Source of the DNA: an uncultured Campylobacterales bacterium
GTDB lineage: Bacteria; Campylobacterota; Campylobacteria; Campylobacterales; JAADDG01
DNA length: 49,065 bases
Direction of reading: 5' to 3'
Assembly (NCBI GenBank): GCA_964590185.1
Contig: CAZPVZ010000197.1
Location: forward strand, 1 to 49,065
Positions 1 through 10,227 of this stretch are shown piece by piece. The stretch's first letter is position 1. Every line of letters begins with the position of its first letter. A program made the translations under genes and the position numbers. The notes beneath the pieces were generated by a model. The model had not been told where the DNA came from and did no database searches. It saw nothing but the letters and a program-made list of their open reading frames with translations.

Positions 1-201
1 GGAGTTAAAAATATCTTAGCCGCGGAGCTTTTTGCAAGCTCTCTCGTGGCCGATCTTCACCTTATCCCCGCATTTTTATACGTTCAGCTTAGCGGCAATA
101 TGAAAGCCGCGATAGCTTTGGCGATAGGAGCGGTCGTTGCCAACGTGTTTTCGATGGCTCTTGTTTTGATAGAAGCGGCAAAAAGCAAAGAAGAATTTTA
201 A
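1..201 (+). CDS. 3' end of an ORF entering from upstream; hydrophobic C-terminal tail of an integral membrane protein (partial)
   Basis: Frame 1 is open from the window edge to TAA at 199-201. It is absent from the ORF track because it has no start in the window. The tail ...[34 protein letters not shown] looks like a terminal TM helix. The family cannot be recognised from 66 aa. Confidence 0.4.
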   Translation, partial: GVKNILAAELFASSLVADLHLIPAFLYVQLSGNMKAAIALAIGAVVANVFSMALVLIEAAKSKEEF

Positions 202-215
202 ATCAGAGGGGAACG

Positions 216-2666
216 ATGGAGTATAAGCCTAAAGAGATAGAAAAGAAATGGCAGAAATTTTGGATTCAAAACGGACTTTACGAACCTAAGGAGGATAAAA
301 CCCTTCCTAAGAAATACGTCCTTAGCATGTTCCCTTATCCCAGCGGAAGAATGCATATGGGACATGTGAGAAACTATACCATAAGCGACGCTTTTGCGAG
401 ATATTTTAGAAAAGAGGGATTTAACGTTCTTCATCCGATGGGATGGGACGCATTCGGAATGCCCGCCGAAAACGCCGCTATAAAGCATAAGGTTCACCCT
501 AAAAAGTGGACTTACGAAAATATAGACTATATGAGAAAAGAGTTCGATTCGCTGGGACTCTCTTTTTCCAAGGAGAGGGAATTCGCCACTTGCGACGAGA
601 TTTACAGCAAACACGAGCAGAAAATTATTTTGGAGATGTGGCGAAAAGGTCTTATATATAGAAAAAAATCTCTCGTTAATTGGTGCGAAACCTGCCATAC
701 GGTTTTGGCGAACGAGCAGGTTATAGAGGGGTGCTGCTGGAGATGCGACAATCCCATCGTGCAAAAAGAGATGTTTCAATACTTTGCGAAAATTACCGAT
801 TACGCCAAAGAACTTTTGGATGATCTTAAAAAGCTTGAAAAAGGGTGGCCCTCCCAAGTTATAACGATGCAAAGAAATTGGATCGGAGAGAGCGAAGGGC
901 TGGAGTTTGAGTTTCCTTTGGACGGAGAGAGCGCTAAGAAGCTCGGCGGAGAGATAAAAGGTTTTAAGGTTTTTACGACCAGAGCCGATACGATTTACGG
1001 AGTTACTTATGCGGCTTTGGCTCCCGAACACGAAATAGTTCTCAAGCTTTTAAAAAGCGATCTTTTGGATAACGAGACCAAAGAGAAGATAAAGAGGATG
1101 CAAGCCGTTCCTCCGAGAGAAAGAGGAAGCCGAGAGAAAGAGGGAATTTTTACGGGACTTTACGCCGTTCATCCTTTAACCGGCGAAAAGATTCCGGTAT
1201 GGATAGCCAATTTCGTCATCGTAGAGTACGGAAGCGGAGCGGTTATGAGCGTTCCGGCTCATGACGAAAGGGATTTCGAATTTGCCAAAAAGTACGATCT
1301 GCCCGTAAAATACGTAATAAAACCTAAAGAGGGAGAGATAGATAGAAGTTTTGCTTTTACCGAACCCGGAGTTATGATAAATTCCGACGGTTTCGACGGT
1401 ATGGATAGTAGGGAGGCTAAAAACAAGATTATAAAACTTTTCGAAGAGAAGGGTTTGGGCAAGAAAGTTATCAACTACAAGCTTAGAGATTGGGGAATCA
1501 GCAGACAAAGATATTGGGGAACTCCGATACCTTTGATTCATTGCAAAAAGTGTTCGATCGTGGAGGTTCCTCTCGATCAGCTGCCCGTAACTTTGCCCGA
1601 AGACGTCGAGATAACGGGAGAGGGCAATCCTCTTGAGAAGCATCCCACTTGGAAATATGTAAAATGCCCCAAATGCGGGGGAGACGCCGTTAGAGAAACG
1701 GACACTTTGGATACTTTCGTAGAGAGCAGTTGGTATTTTTTAAGATACGCCACTCCCAAAAAATATTGGGAGCAAAAGGTCGTGGATAAGGAGAGCGTGG
1801 ATTATTGGATGAGCGTGGATCACTACATAGGAGGGATAGAGCACGCCATTTTGCACCTTTTGTATTCGAGATTTTTTACGAAAGTGATGAGAGATTTGGG
1901 ATATGTGGACGTGGACGAGCCTTTCGAGAGACTTTTGACTCAAGGGATGGTTTTAAAAGACGGCGCGAAGATGAGCAAATCGAAAGGCAATATCGTAGAT
2001 CCGGACTTTTTGATAGAGAAATACGGAGCCGATACGGCGAGGCTTTTTATCCTTTTCGCCGCTCCTCCCACCAAAGAGATAGAGTGGAACGATAATGCGG
2101 TCGAAGGTGCTTATAAATTTATAAAGAGATTTGCCGACAGAAGCCGTTTTGCGAAAAAAACCGACTCTCTTTTGGATATAGATCACTCCTCTTTAAGCAA
2201 GGAGGAGAAGTTTGCGAGAAAGAAAGTTTACGAAGCTTTGAAAAAATATAACGAAGTTTACGCCTCTACTTACGCTTTCAATACGATGATAGCCGCTTCG
2301 ATGGAGGCTCTGAACGCTTTAAGCGCTCAAAATAACGAAGATGTCTGGACGGAGGGATATTATATACTCACAAACGTTTTGGAGCCGGTCATTCCTCATA
2401 TCTGCTGGGAGATAAGCAAGGAGCTTTTCGATCTTAAGAATTTCGGAAAGATTCCTTTGAAAGAGGAGGTTTTCAAAGAGGATACGATGACGATCGTAGT
2501 GAGCGTAAACGGCAAGAAAAGGGGAGATATGGAGGTTCCCAAAGATATGAGCAAAGATGAGATTTTATCTTTGGGCAAAGAAGAAGTTAAAAAATGGCTG
2601 GAGGGTAAAAATTTAATTAAAGAAATTTATGTACCCGGAAAACTCGTTAATTTCGTCGTCAAATAG
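216..2666 (+). CDS. leuS: Leucyl-tRNA synthetase
   Basis: 816 aa. Class I HIGH-type motif (HMGHVRNY), KMSKS motif (KMSKSKGN), and a LeuRS-typical N-terminus (KWQKFW...). GGGGA RBS upstream of the ATG. Confidence 0.97.
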   Translation: MEYKPKEIEKKWQKFWIQNGLYEPKEDKTLPKKYVLSMFPYPSGRMHMGHVRNYTISDAFARYFRKEGFNVLHPMGWDAFGMPAENAAIKHKVHPKKWTYENIDYMRKEFDSLGLSFSKEREFATCDEIYSKHEQKIILEMWRKGLIYRKKSLVNWCETCHTVLANEQVIEGCCWRCDNPIVQKEMFQYFAKITDYAKELLDDLKKLEKGWPSQVITMQRNWIGESEGLEFEFPLDGESAKKLGGEIKGFKVFTTRADTIYGVTYAALAPEHEIVLKLLKSDLLDNETKEKIKRMQAVPPRERGSREKEGIFTGLYAVHPLTGEKIPVWIANFVIVEYGSGAVMSVPAHDERDFEFAKKYDLPVKYVIKPKEGEIDRSFAFTEPGVMINSDGFDGMDSREAKNKIIKLFEEKGLGKKVINYKLRDWGISRQRYWGTPIPLIHCKKCSIVEVPLDQLPVTLPEDVEITGEGNPLEKHPTWKYVKCPKCGGDAVRETDTLDTFVESSWYFLRYATPKKYWEQKVVDKESVDYWMSVDHYIGGIEHAILHLLYSRFFTKVMRDLGYVDVDEPFERLLTQGMVLKDGAKMSKSKGNIVDPDFLIEKYGADTARLFILFAAPPTKEIEWNDNAVEGAYKFIKRFADRSRFAKKTDSLLDIDHSSLSKEEKFARKKVYEALKKYNEVYASTYAFNTMIAASMEALNALSAQNNEDVWTEGYYILTNVLEPVIPHICWEISKELFDLKNFGKIPLKEEVFKEDTMTIVVSVNGKKRGDMEVPKDMSKDEILSLGKEEVKKWLEGKNLIKEIYVPGKLVNFVVK

Positions 2667-2701
2667 ATGATGAAAGTTTTCGGTTACTTATGTTAAAATA
2701 A

Positions 2702-3238
2702 GTGACCGAAACTTTAAAGGCCGTTTTCATGCTTATAAGAGCTTTGATACTTGTGATAATTCTCTCTTTTTACGGGTGCGGATACAAGCCCGTCTCTTCA
2801 TACTCCAAAGAGGCGCTCGGAGAGTCCGTTTTCGTCGATGTCGAGTCCTCTTTGGAAGATCCCGAAAATACGGTTTTGATAAAAGACGCCATAAACGACG
2901 TTTTGGTAAGCCGCTTTCACGCAAGACTTACGAGCAAGAAGGACGCTAAAGTAAAACTCCGTCTTAAACTTAAAAAAGTTCTTTTCGAGCCTATACGCTA
3001 CGATAGAAACGGTTTCGTAACCGCTTACAACACTCGCGTGGAGTTAAGCACCGAATATGAAAGTTTGAAGGGAAAAAAGACGATAGTTACAACCGGAGAG
3101 TATGCTTTCCCGATAGAATCAAACAGCGTCATCTCCGATACCAAAAGATTCGAAGCCATTAAAAACGCTTCAAAAAAGGCGATTGACGAGTTTATTTCTA
3201 AAATCGCCGTAGAGGGACTTTTATATGACGGTAAATGA
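2702..3238 (+). CDS. lptE: LptE-like LPS-assembly lipoprotein
   Basis: Position immediately after leuS, as in many proteobacteria. Lipobox SFYGC followed by GYKP, and a small beta-rich protein. The start is uncertain: GTG 2702 lies inside a hairpin, and ATG 2729 (MLIRALILVIILSFYGC) is an alternative. Confidence 0.55.
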   Translation: MTETLKAVFMLIRALILVIILSFYGCGYKPVSSYSKEALGESVFVDVESSLEDPENTVLIKDAINDVLVSRFHARLTSKKDAKVKLRLKLKKVLFEPIRYDRNGFVTAYNTRVELSTEYESLKGKKTIVTTGEYAFPIESNSVISDTKRFEAIKNASKKAIDEFISKIAVEGLLYDGK

Positions 3239-4775
3239 GATTGCTAAAGAGGCTATCGAGATTATCAATAAAAATTACGAGCTTTTAACGCCGGAGAACT
3301 ATTTTAAGGCTTTCTGTTTCGTTGCGAAAAAGAGAGGTTTTATAGTAGAGGACTGTCAAAAGCTTGAGAAATATCTGAAAAAACTCGATCCGGTGATTCA
3401 AAACGAGGCTAAAAAATTCTCAATAAGAAACATTGACGATTTTTTCGCTTTTTTGATAGCCTATATAAACAGAGTCAATAAACTCGAATCTTCGGCGCAT
3501 ATAAAACAGCTTAGCCTTTTGATAAAAAGAATTCTTCAAGCCGTTACTCTTTTGCACGATAAAGAGGCGGCGGAATTGGCTCAGATATCTATGGACAGAA
3601 TAAGCTATACGGTGGATACGGAGTCTATAGAGCTTATAAAGGATAAATGGTTCGATTTCGTTACCTCTTACGACGACTCCTATTTAAACAAGCTCGATCC
3701 TTATTGCAAAGTTGATAAGGAAGATTTGAAAACCATGGTAAACGAGCTTGTAGAGTGTTTTGAAAACGGATGCGAAGAGAGGATAAAAGAGTCTCTCTCG
3801 AAACTCGCTCCCATACTGATAGCTTCTTTGACTCCTTCCATAGCTTCGGAAGTTGACGACGAGCTTGCCGTAATCTCTTACGAGCTGCAAAATTCTCCCG
3901 AATCTTTGACGGCGGAAGGCTTTTTGGAAGATTTGAAAAAGATGATCAAAAGAAGAAAACAGCTCGATAAGGATAAGGTGAGGGAGAAGGTTGCGGTTTT
4001 GAACTCTCTTTTGCAGGATATCTCTTTTAAAATTATAGAGCTTGTAGAAAAGAGCAATTTAAGCAACGAAAAGATCAAAAAGATAAAGAACGATATAAAA
4101 AATACCGACTTTCAAGAAAGCTCTTTGGAGGCGATTCAAAAGAAGCTTTTAAAAATAGCCCAATCTTTAGAGATAGAGACCGAGAGTCTTTCCAACAAGA
4201 TGGAAAATCATAAACAGATTATAAAACAGCTTTATACGAGAGTGAAAAAGCTTGAGAAAGCCTTGATGCTCGCAAAAAGAGAGATAAAGATAGACTTTTT
4301 AACCTCCACTCTTTCAAAAAGAGGGCTTGACGAAGAGATGCATAAGGCCGAGGAGAGCTACAAGAGATATAAAACCAACTATTCGGTGTGTTTTTTCGAT
4401 ATAGACTACTTTAAAATTATAAACGACACTTACGGTCATGACGCGGGAGACGTGATTTTAAAAACGATAGGGGAACTTTTCAGAAAAAACGCAAGAGAAG
4501 TCGATATAGTCGGAAGATACGGGGGAGAGGAGTTTGTGGTTATACTTCCCAACGTGGATTTGAAGGGAGCCATTAAATTTGCTAATAAAATGAGACTGTT
4601 GGTTAAATCCAACCGTTTTATTTATAAAAACGAGCGTATTTACGTCTCTATAAGCGGCGGAGTAAGCCAAAGAAAGGATCATAGAAGTTTGGAAGAGACT
4701 TTAAATGCCGCCGACGAACTTTTGTATAAAGCCAAGGCGGCCGGAAGAAATAAAATAATGCCGGAATTCGGATGA
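3225..4775 (+). CDS. Diguanylate cyclase (C-terminal GGDEF domain, long coiled-coil N-terminal region)
   Basis: C-terminal FFDIDYFKIINDTYGHDAGD...RYGGEEFVVILP. The GGEEF active site has an RxxD I-site (REVD) 5 residues upstream. No TM segment. The start overlaps the lptE end by 14 nt. Confidence 0.85.
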   Translation: MTVNEIAKEAIEIINKNYELLTPENYFKAFCFVAKKRGFIVEDCQKLEKYLKKLDPVIQNEAKKFSIRNIDDFFAFLIAYINRVNKLESSAHIKQLSLLIKRILQAVTLLHDKEAAELAQISMDRISYTVDTESIELIKDKWFDFVTSYDDSYLNKLDPYCKVDKEDLKTMVNELVECFENGCEERIKESLSKLAPILIASLTPSIASEVDDELAVISYELQNSPESLTAEGFLEDLKKMIKRRKQLDKDKVREKVAVLNSLLQDISFKIIELVEKSNLSNEKIKKIKNDIKNTDFQESSLEAIQKKLLKIAQSLEIETESLSNKMENHKQIIKQLYTRVKKLEKALMLAKREIKIDFLTSTLSKRGLDEEMHKAEESYKRYKTNYSVCFFDIDYFKIINDTYGHDAGDVILKTIGELFRKNAREVDIVGRYGGEEFVVILPNVDLKGAIKFANKMRLLVKSNRFIYKNERIYVSISGGVSQRKDHRSLEETLNAADELLYKAKAAGRNKIMPEFG

Positions 4776-5923
4776 AAGTAGAAGAGTTTTTAAATAAAAA
4801 GCCTCTCTTTTATAAAGAGATAGATTACGAAAGAATGCCGAGAGTTTGGCGTAAGATAAAAGACAATTTCAGATTGCCCGAGATAATTCATATCGTCGGA
4901 ACGAACGGAAAAGGCAGTACCGGAAGATTTTTGGCCTTTTATCTTTATAAAAGCGGTTTTAAGGTCGGACACTATACTTCTCCGCATGTTTTAAGATTTA
5001 ACGAGCGTATTTGGATAAACGGTAAAGAGATAGACGATCTTTCCTTGCAGAAGGCTCATGAAAAGCTCTTATCCGTTTTGGGAGAAAAAGACGCAAACGA
5101 ACTTTCCTACTTCGAATATGCCACTCTTTTGGCCGTTTTGCTTATGCAAGAGTGCGATTATATCGTTTTGGAAGCCGGTTTGGGGGGAGAGTATGACGCA
5201 ACGGCCGTTTTTGAAAGCGTTCTTACTCTTTTGACTTCGGTCGATTACGATCATAAGGAGTTTTTGGGAAATACGATAGAGGAGATAACCTCTTCGAAAG
5301 TAGGGGCGGTTAAAAAAAACCTTATCGTGGGAATGCAAAAATATGCCGAAGTTTACGGAAAGGCTTTCGAAATCTCTTTGGAAAAGAATTTTAACGTTTA
5401 TCCGTATAATCGTTTTTTAACTTACGATGAGTTAATATTATCAGGTCTTTTTATTAAAAAAGAAAAATTACCCTCTTTTTTTCTGTCTAATTTGACTTTA
5501 GCCCTATCCGCGGTTAAATTTTTAGGACTTAAGGTCGATTTAGATAAACTAAAGGGGGTAAAGATTTTCGGCAGATGTCAAAAGTTTAAAAAAAACGTTA
5601 CGATAGACGTCGGACACAATCCTTCGGCCGCGGAAGCTTTGAGAGAGCACTTTTTAGGGAAAAAAGTGGTTTTGGTTTATAACAGTTTCGCCGATAAGGA
5701 TTATTTTTCGGTTTTGAAAATTTTAAAACCCGTCGTTAAGAGGGTTGAAATAATCGATATCCGAAACGAAAGAGCGGCCGAAAAAGAGGATATGGAAAAA
5801 ACTTTAAAAAGCCTCTCGTTGGAATTTGGATATTTTGATGGGATAAAAGAGGAGGAAGAGTATCTGGTTTTCGGCTCTTTTTCCGTGGCGGAGGCTTTTT
5901 TGAAGGCTATGAATGAGAAATAA
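4772..5923 (+). CDS. folC: Folylpolyglutamate synthase / dihydrofolate synthase
   Basis: Mur-ligase P-loop VGTNGKGST with FolC-like length and context. ATGA overlap with the upstream gene. Confidence 0.85.
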   Translation: MKVEEFLNKKPLFYKEIDYERMPRVWRKIKDNFRLPEIIHIVGTNGKGSTGRFLAFYLYKSGFKVGHYTSPHVLRFNERIWINGKEIDDLSLQKAHEKLLSVLGEKDANELSYFEYATLLAVLLMQECDYIVLEAGLGGEYDATAVFESVLTLLTSVDYDHKEFLGNTIEEITSSKVGAVKKNLIVGMQKYAEVYGKAFEISLEKNFNVYPYNRFLTYDELILSGLFIKKEKLPSFFLSNLTLALSAVKFLGLKVDLDKLKGVKIFGRCQKFKKNVTIDVGHNPSAAEALREHFLGKKVVLVYNSFADKDYFSVLKILKPVVKRVEIIDIRNERAAEKEDMEKTLKSLSLEFGYFDGIKEEEEYLVFGSFSVAEAFLKAMNEK

Positions 5924-6890
5924 ACTCACAATCACCGTTTCCGATATAAACGGGACGAAGCATTATGAAGTTCATCAGGCGGTAAAGAAATTTATCGTCT
6001 ATTTTTTGGTTTTTATAGGTTTGGTCGTCGGAAGCAGCTTTTATCTTATAAATTTTTTGATGCATGAAGTGGAGACTTTGGAAAAGAAAAAAGAGATGAT
6101 AGCCGCCGAAGAGGCCAAACTGAAAGAAGAAAAGAGAGTTTTGGAGGAGCAGATAGCCAAAAAGACCGAGGAGTTTGAAAATATTCGGGACAAAGTGGAG
6201 GATATAGAGGAGCTTATAGGTCTTAAACCGGCCAAAAAGGTTGCCGGAGAGGATCTTGAGAAGAGACTCGAGCTTTTGAAAATCTCCTCCAACGAAAGAA
6301 AGGTTATTTTAAATTCCATCCCGCAAGGTTATCCGGTTAGGGGAGCTCATATAACTTCCGGTTTCGGATGGAGAATACATCCGATTTTTCATAAGAGGAA
6401 ATTTCATCACGGGCTCGATTTTGCGGGTAAGATAGGACTTCCGATCAGAGCTCCGGCGGACGGTATAGTAACTTCCGCCGGTTTTAATAGAGGAGGTTAC
6501 GGATACGTTATAAAAATAGCCCACAATTACGGGTTTGAAACCATTTACGCCCACCTTACTAAAAATTTAAAGGTGAAAGTTGGGGATTTCGTTAAAAAAG
6601 GTGATATAATTGGATATCTCGGAAACAGCGGAAGATCGACGGGACCTCATCTTCATTACGAAGTTAGGTTTTTGGGGAGGATCTTAAATCCTATCAATTT
6701 CGTAAGATGGAATATAATAAATTTCGATGAAATCTTTAAAAAGGAGGATAGAGTACCATGGCATTCTTTGGTAGAAGCAATAAAACACCAGCAAGACCTG
6801 TTCCTGCGATTGCAGCAAAATCTGCAAGCACTACAAAAAAACAAACCCAGTCGTCGGAAACGACGGTCATCGCGTCAGGAGCGAAAATAG
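5913..6890 (+). CDS. M23 (LytM-type) metallopeptidase, Csd1-like, with N-terminal TM and coiled coil
   Basis: HHGLD (HxxxD) and GPHLHYEV (HxH) zinc motifs. N-terminal TM (FIVYFLVFIGLVVG) and a K/E coiled coil. It lies directly upstream of, and overlaps, a bactofilin gene. Confidence 0.85.
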   Translation: MRNKLTITVSDINGTKHYEVHQAVKKFIVYFLVFIGLVVGSSFYLINFLMHEVETLEKKKEMIAAEEAKLKEEKRVLEEQIAKKTEEFENIRDKVEDIEELIGLKPAKKVAGEDLEKRLELLKISSNERKVILNSIPQGYPVRGAHITSGFGWRIHPIFHKRKFHHGLDFAGKIGLPIRAPADGIVTSAGFNRGGYGYVIKIAHNYGFETIYAHLTKNLKVKVGDFVKKGDIIGYLGNSGRSTGPHLHYEVRFLGRILNPINFVRWNIINFDEIFKKEDRVPWHSLVEAIKHQQDLFLRLQQNLQALQKNKPSRRKRRSSRQERK

Positions 6891-7219
6891 AAGGCAATTT
6901 CGAACTTAATACCAAACTTCACATAGACGGAGAGGTTACCGGAACGATCGTCTCCAACAATGTCGTTACGATAGGTTCCAAAGGTATGGTTAGGGCCGAT
7001 TTGAAAGCGGACAAGATGATTATAAGCGGTTCTTTCGAAGGAAACGCCGATTGCGATACCGTAGAGATACTTGCGGGAGGAAGATATATAGGGAAAGTTT
7101 TGGCAAGACAGCTTGTTATAGAGCAAAGCGGATATTTTGAGGGAGAGAGCAAAACCAAAAAAGAGGGAACTCAAACCTCCGTCATATCCGATAAAAAAGT
7201 CAAAGCCAAAGTTCAGTAA
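6758..7219 (+). CDS. ccmA: Bactofilin (CcmA-like cytoskeletal polymer)
   Basis: 153 aa. Beta-helical repeat pattern (IEGNFELNTKLHIDGEVTGTIVSNNVVTIGSKGMVRADLKADKMIISGSFEGN) and a short basic N-terminal tail (MAFFGRSNK). AAGGAGG RBS at 6741-6747. Sits between the M23 peptidase and mfd. Confidence 0.8.
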   Translation: MAFFGRSNKTPARPVPAIAAKSASTTKKQTQSSETTVIASGAKIEGNFELNTKLHIDGEVTGTIVSNNVVTIGSKGMVRADLKADKMIISGSFEGNADCDTVEILAGGRYIGKVLARQLVIEQSGYFEGESKTKKEGTQTSVISDKKVKAKVQ

Positions 7220-7251
7220 TTTAAGGACTTACCGGTTGAAAGGTTTTTATA

Positions 7252-10227
7252 TTGCAAGCTCGCATATATGAGTTTTTAAAAAATTCATATTGTGAGCTTT
7301 TAATATCCGAAAACGAAAAAGAGGCGCTTTTAGCTAAAGACGTTGCCTCTTTTTTGGGATATGAAAGCTTTGCGTTGCCCGATTTGAGAGCTTCTTTCGG
7401 AAGCGATCTGAGAGTTTACAAGGAGGAGCTTTTTTCTTTACTCTCTGTTTTAAACGACTACAATTTCTCCTCTTCGAAAAAAAAGATACTGATCTCTCCC
7501 GTAAGAACGTTAACGACTCCGCTTCCTAAGAAAGAGCTTTTTAAGAGGATGAAAATCTCTTTCGCTCAAGAGATCGATTTGGGCGAGTTTAAGGAGATGC
7601 TCTATCGTTGGGGATATAGTTTCGTCGATATAGTCGAGGAAAAGGGAGAGGTCTCTTTTAGGGGAGATATAGTCGATATATACCCGATAAACGCCGAAAA
7701 TCCTTACAGAATCTCTTTTTTCGATACGGAAGTTGAAAGCATAAGAGTTTTCGAGTGCGAAACTCAAAAGAGCTTTAAGGAAGAGCTTGAGGAGATAGAG
7801 ATAATTCCCGCTTATTTCGGATTTGAGGAGGAGGATTATCGCGAGGTTTTAAAAAGATGCGAAAATTTCGATAGCGACAGTTTTTTTAAGGATATAGCCT
7901 CTTTGGGCCTTTGGGCGCTTGGAGATAAAAGCGAAAATTATTTGGATAAGTTCGAGGCGAGATTCGTAAAAGAGATGGACGGCGTTTTGGAAGAGATGTT
8001 CTCTTTTGAAAACGCTCCCGATGATTTGAAGGAGAAGTTTTTATCCGTTTCGGTTTTGCCTCGCGAAAAGATTTATAAAGATATAGAACCGATCGATTTA
8101 AACTCCTTTCTGCGATACCACAAAGATAAAAATATTACCGTCATAGCCAAAAACGAGGCGGTTTTGAAACGAATATCCCTGGATGAAGAGATAAAGTTCA
8201 AGCCTCTTTTTAAAGAGTGGATAGTTAACGTTTTGGGGGATAGGGAGGTTATAGTCTCTTTAAACCAAAGAGTTAAAAAGAGGAGAAAAAGGGCCTCCAA
8301 ACTTCTTCTTGACGAGCTTAAACCGGGAGATTACGTCGTTCACGAAACTCACGGAATAGGAATTTTCAAAGGACTTACGCAAACTACGGTTTTGGGGGCT
8401 AAAAAGGATTTCGTTACGATAGCCTATCAGGGAGAGGATAGGCTTTTGATACCCGTTGAAAATTTGGACGTTATAGATAGATATATCGGAGATAAAGGCT
8501 CTTTGGTAACGGTTGACAAGCTCGGAAAAAACTCTTTTATGAAACAAAAGGCCAAAGTCGGAGCGAAACTTTTCGAAATAGCCAAAGAGATAGTGGAGAT
8601 AGCCGCTAAAAGGGAGCTTTCGGAAGGTTTTAAGATCGGAAGCGATTTTGAAGAGATAGAGATTTTCCAAAAAAGCGCCGGTTTCGAATATACCGCCGAT
8701 CAAATGAGGGCTATAGAGGAGATATTTGACGAGCTTGCGAGCGGAAAGGTTATGGACAGGCTTTTAAGCGCTGATGTGGGTTTCGGTAAAACGGAAGTGG
8801 CGATGAATGCGATTTTAGCCGTCAAACTAAGCGGATATCAGTCTGCTTTTATAGTTCCCACGACTCTTCTTTCCGCTCAGCATTATAAAACCTTAAAAGA
8901 GAGACTCGCTCCTTTCGGGGTTAAGATAGCCAAACTCGACAGATTCACTTCCGCAAAAGAGAAAAGAGAGATACTTAAAGGGCTGAAAGAGGGAGAGATA
9001 GACGTTTGTGTCGGAACTCACGCCCTTTTGGGAGTCGAGTTTAAAAATTTGGCTTTTGTCGTGATAGACGAAGAGCATAAATTCGGAGTCAAGCAGAAAG
9101 AGAAACTTAAAGCTTTAAGAACCGACGTTCATATACTCTCTATGAGCGCCACTCCGATTCCGAGAAGTTTGAACATGGCTCTATCCTCCATAAAGAGCTA
9201 TTCTCAGATATTGACTCCTCCGCAAGAGAGGCAGGACGTTAGAACTTTCGTTAAGGAGTATGACGAAAGGCTTGTAAAAGAGGTTATTTTAAGAGAGAAA
9301 AGAAGAGGCGGGCAGATATTTTACATACATAACAGAATAGCGAGCATAGAGGATAAAAAGAGGGAGATTTCGGAGATAGTTCCCGGTTTGAAGATACTCG
9401 TTTTGCACTCTAAGATAACGGCTTCTCAAACGGAAAAAGAGCTTTTGAAATTCGAAAGCGGAGAGTATGACGTTTTGCTTTCGACTTCTATCGTAGAGTC
9501 GGGCATCCATCTTCCCAACGTCAATACGATTATCGTTGAAGGAGCCGAAAATTTCGGGATGGCGGATCTTCATCAATTGAGAGGAAGAGTCGGAAGAAGC
9601 AACAGGCGGGGATATTGTTACTTTTTGGTAAACGATAAGGAGGGTTTGAGCGAGGTTGCCAAAAGAAGATTGATAGCTTTGGAGTCGAATTCTTATCTCG
9701 GAAGCGGTTCGGTTTTGGCTTATCACGATCTTGAGATAAGGGGAGGGGGAAATATTATAGGAGAGGCTCAAAGCGGTCACATAAAAAACATAGGATACTC
9801 TCTTTATCTGAAAATGCTTGAAGAGAGCGTGAACGAACTTTTAAACAAAGCTCCCGTTAAGAAAAAGGAGGTCGATATAAAACTCTCCGTCAGCGCTTTA
9901 ATAAGCGGGGATTATATAAACGAAGACAGGTTAAGGCTGGAACTTTATAGGCGTCTTAGCAGATGCGAAAGCGTTGAGGAGGTTTACGAAATAGAGGATG
10001 AGATGATAGACAGATTCGGAAAGCCGGATATTTTGACCAAACAGTTTTTGGATATAATTTTAATAAAAATCTTGGCGATAGGGAAAGGGATAAAATCTCT
10101 ATCCAATTATAAAGAGAATATTACCGTGCTTTACGAAAACGGGGAGAAGGTTTATTTGAAAGCCAGAAGCAAAGACGACGACGATATTTTGGATACGATT
10201 CTCTCTTTTTTAAGAAGAAAGGATTAG
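7252..10227 (+). CDS. mfd: Transcription-repair coupling factor
   Basis: 991 aa. CarD/TRCF-type RNAP-interacting region (GDYVVHETHGIG), SF2 helicase Walker A (GFGKTEVA) and DEEH box (VIDEEHKFG). TTG start. Confidence 0.95.
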   Translation: MQARIYEFLKNSYCELLISENEKEALLAKDVASFLGYESFALPDLRASFGSDLRVYKEELFSLLSVLNDYNFSSSKKKILISPVRTLTTPLPKKELFKRMKISFAQEIDLGEFKEMLYRWGYSFVDIVEEKGEVSFRGDIVDIYPINAENPYRISFFDTEVESIRVFECETQKSFKEELEEIEIIPAYFGFEEEDYREVLKRCENFDSDSFFKDIASLGLWALGDKSENYLDKFEARFVKEMDGVLEEMFSFENAPDDLKEKFLSVSVLPREKIYKDIEPIDLNSFLRYHKDKNITVIAKNEAVLKRISLDEEIKFKPLFKEWIVNVLGDREVIVSLNQRVKKRRKRASKLLLDELKPGDYVVHETHGIGIFKGLTQTTVLGAKKDFVTIAYQGEDRLLIPVENLDVIDRYIGDKGSLVTVDKLGKNSFMKQKAKVGAKLFEIAKEIVEIAAKRELSEGFKIGSDFEEIEIFQKSAGFEYTADQMRAIEEIFDELASGKVMDRLLSADVGFGKTEVAMNAILAVKLSGYQSAFIVPTTLLSAQHYKTLKERLAPFGVKIAKLDRFTSAKEKREILKGLKEGEIDVCVGTHALLGVEFKNLAFVVIDEEHKFGVKQKEKLKALRTDVHILSMSATPIPRSLNMALSSIKSYSQILTPPQERQDVRTFVKEYDERLVKEVILREKRRGGQIFYIHNRIASIEDKKREISEIVPGLKILVLHSKITASQTEKELLKFESGEYDVLLSTSIVESGIHLPNVNTIIVEGAENFGMADLHQLRGRVGRSNRRGYCYFLVNDKEGLSEVAKRRLIALESNSYLGSGSVLAYHDLEIRGGGNIIGEAQSGHIKNIGYSLYLKMLEESVNELLNKAPVKKKEVDIKLSVSALISGDYINEDRLRLELYRRLSRCESVEEVYEIEDEMIDRFGKPDILTKQFLDIILIKILAIGKGIKSLSNYKENITVLYENGEKVYLKARSKDDDDILDTILSFLRRKD

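Noticed and set aside
198-1031. 277-aa ORF antisense to leuS, together with other minus-strand ORFs inside leuS (1176-1643, 1953-2186 and others)
   Set aside because: It lies entirely within the strongly supported leuS frame. The composition is low-complexity and R/S/F/L-rich, and there is no RBS. It is a shadow ORF.
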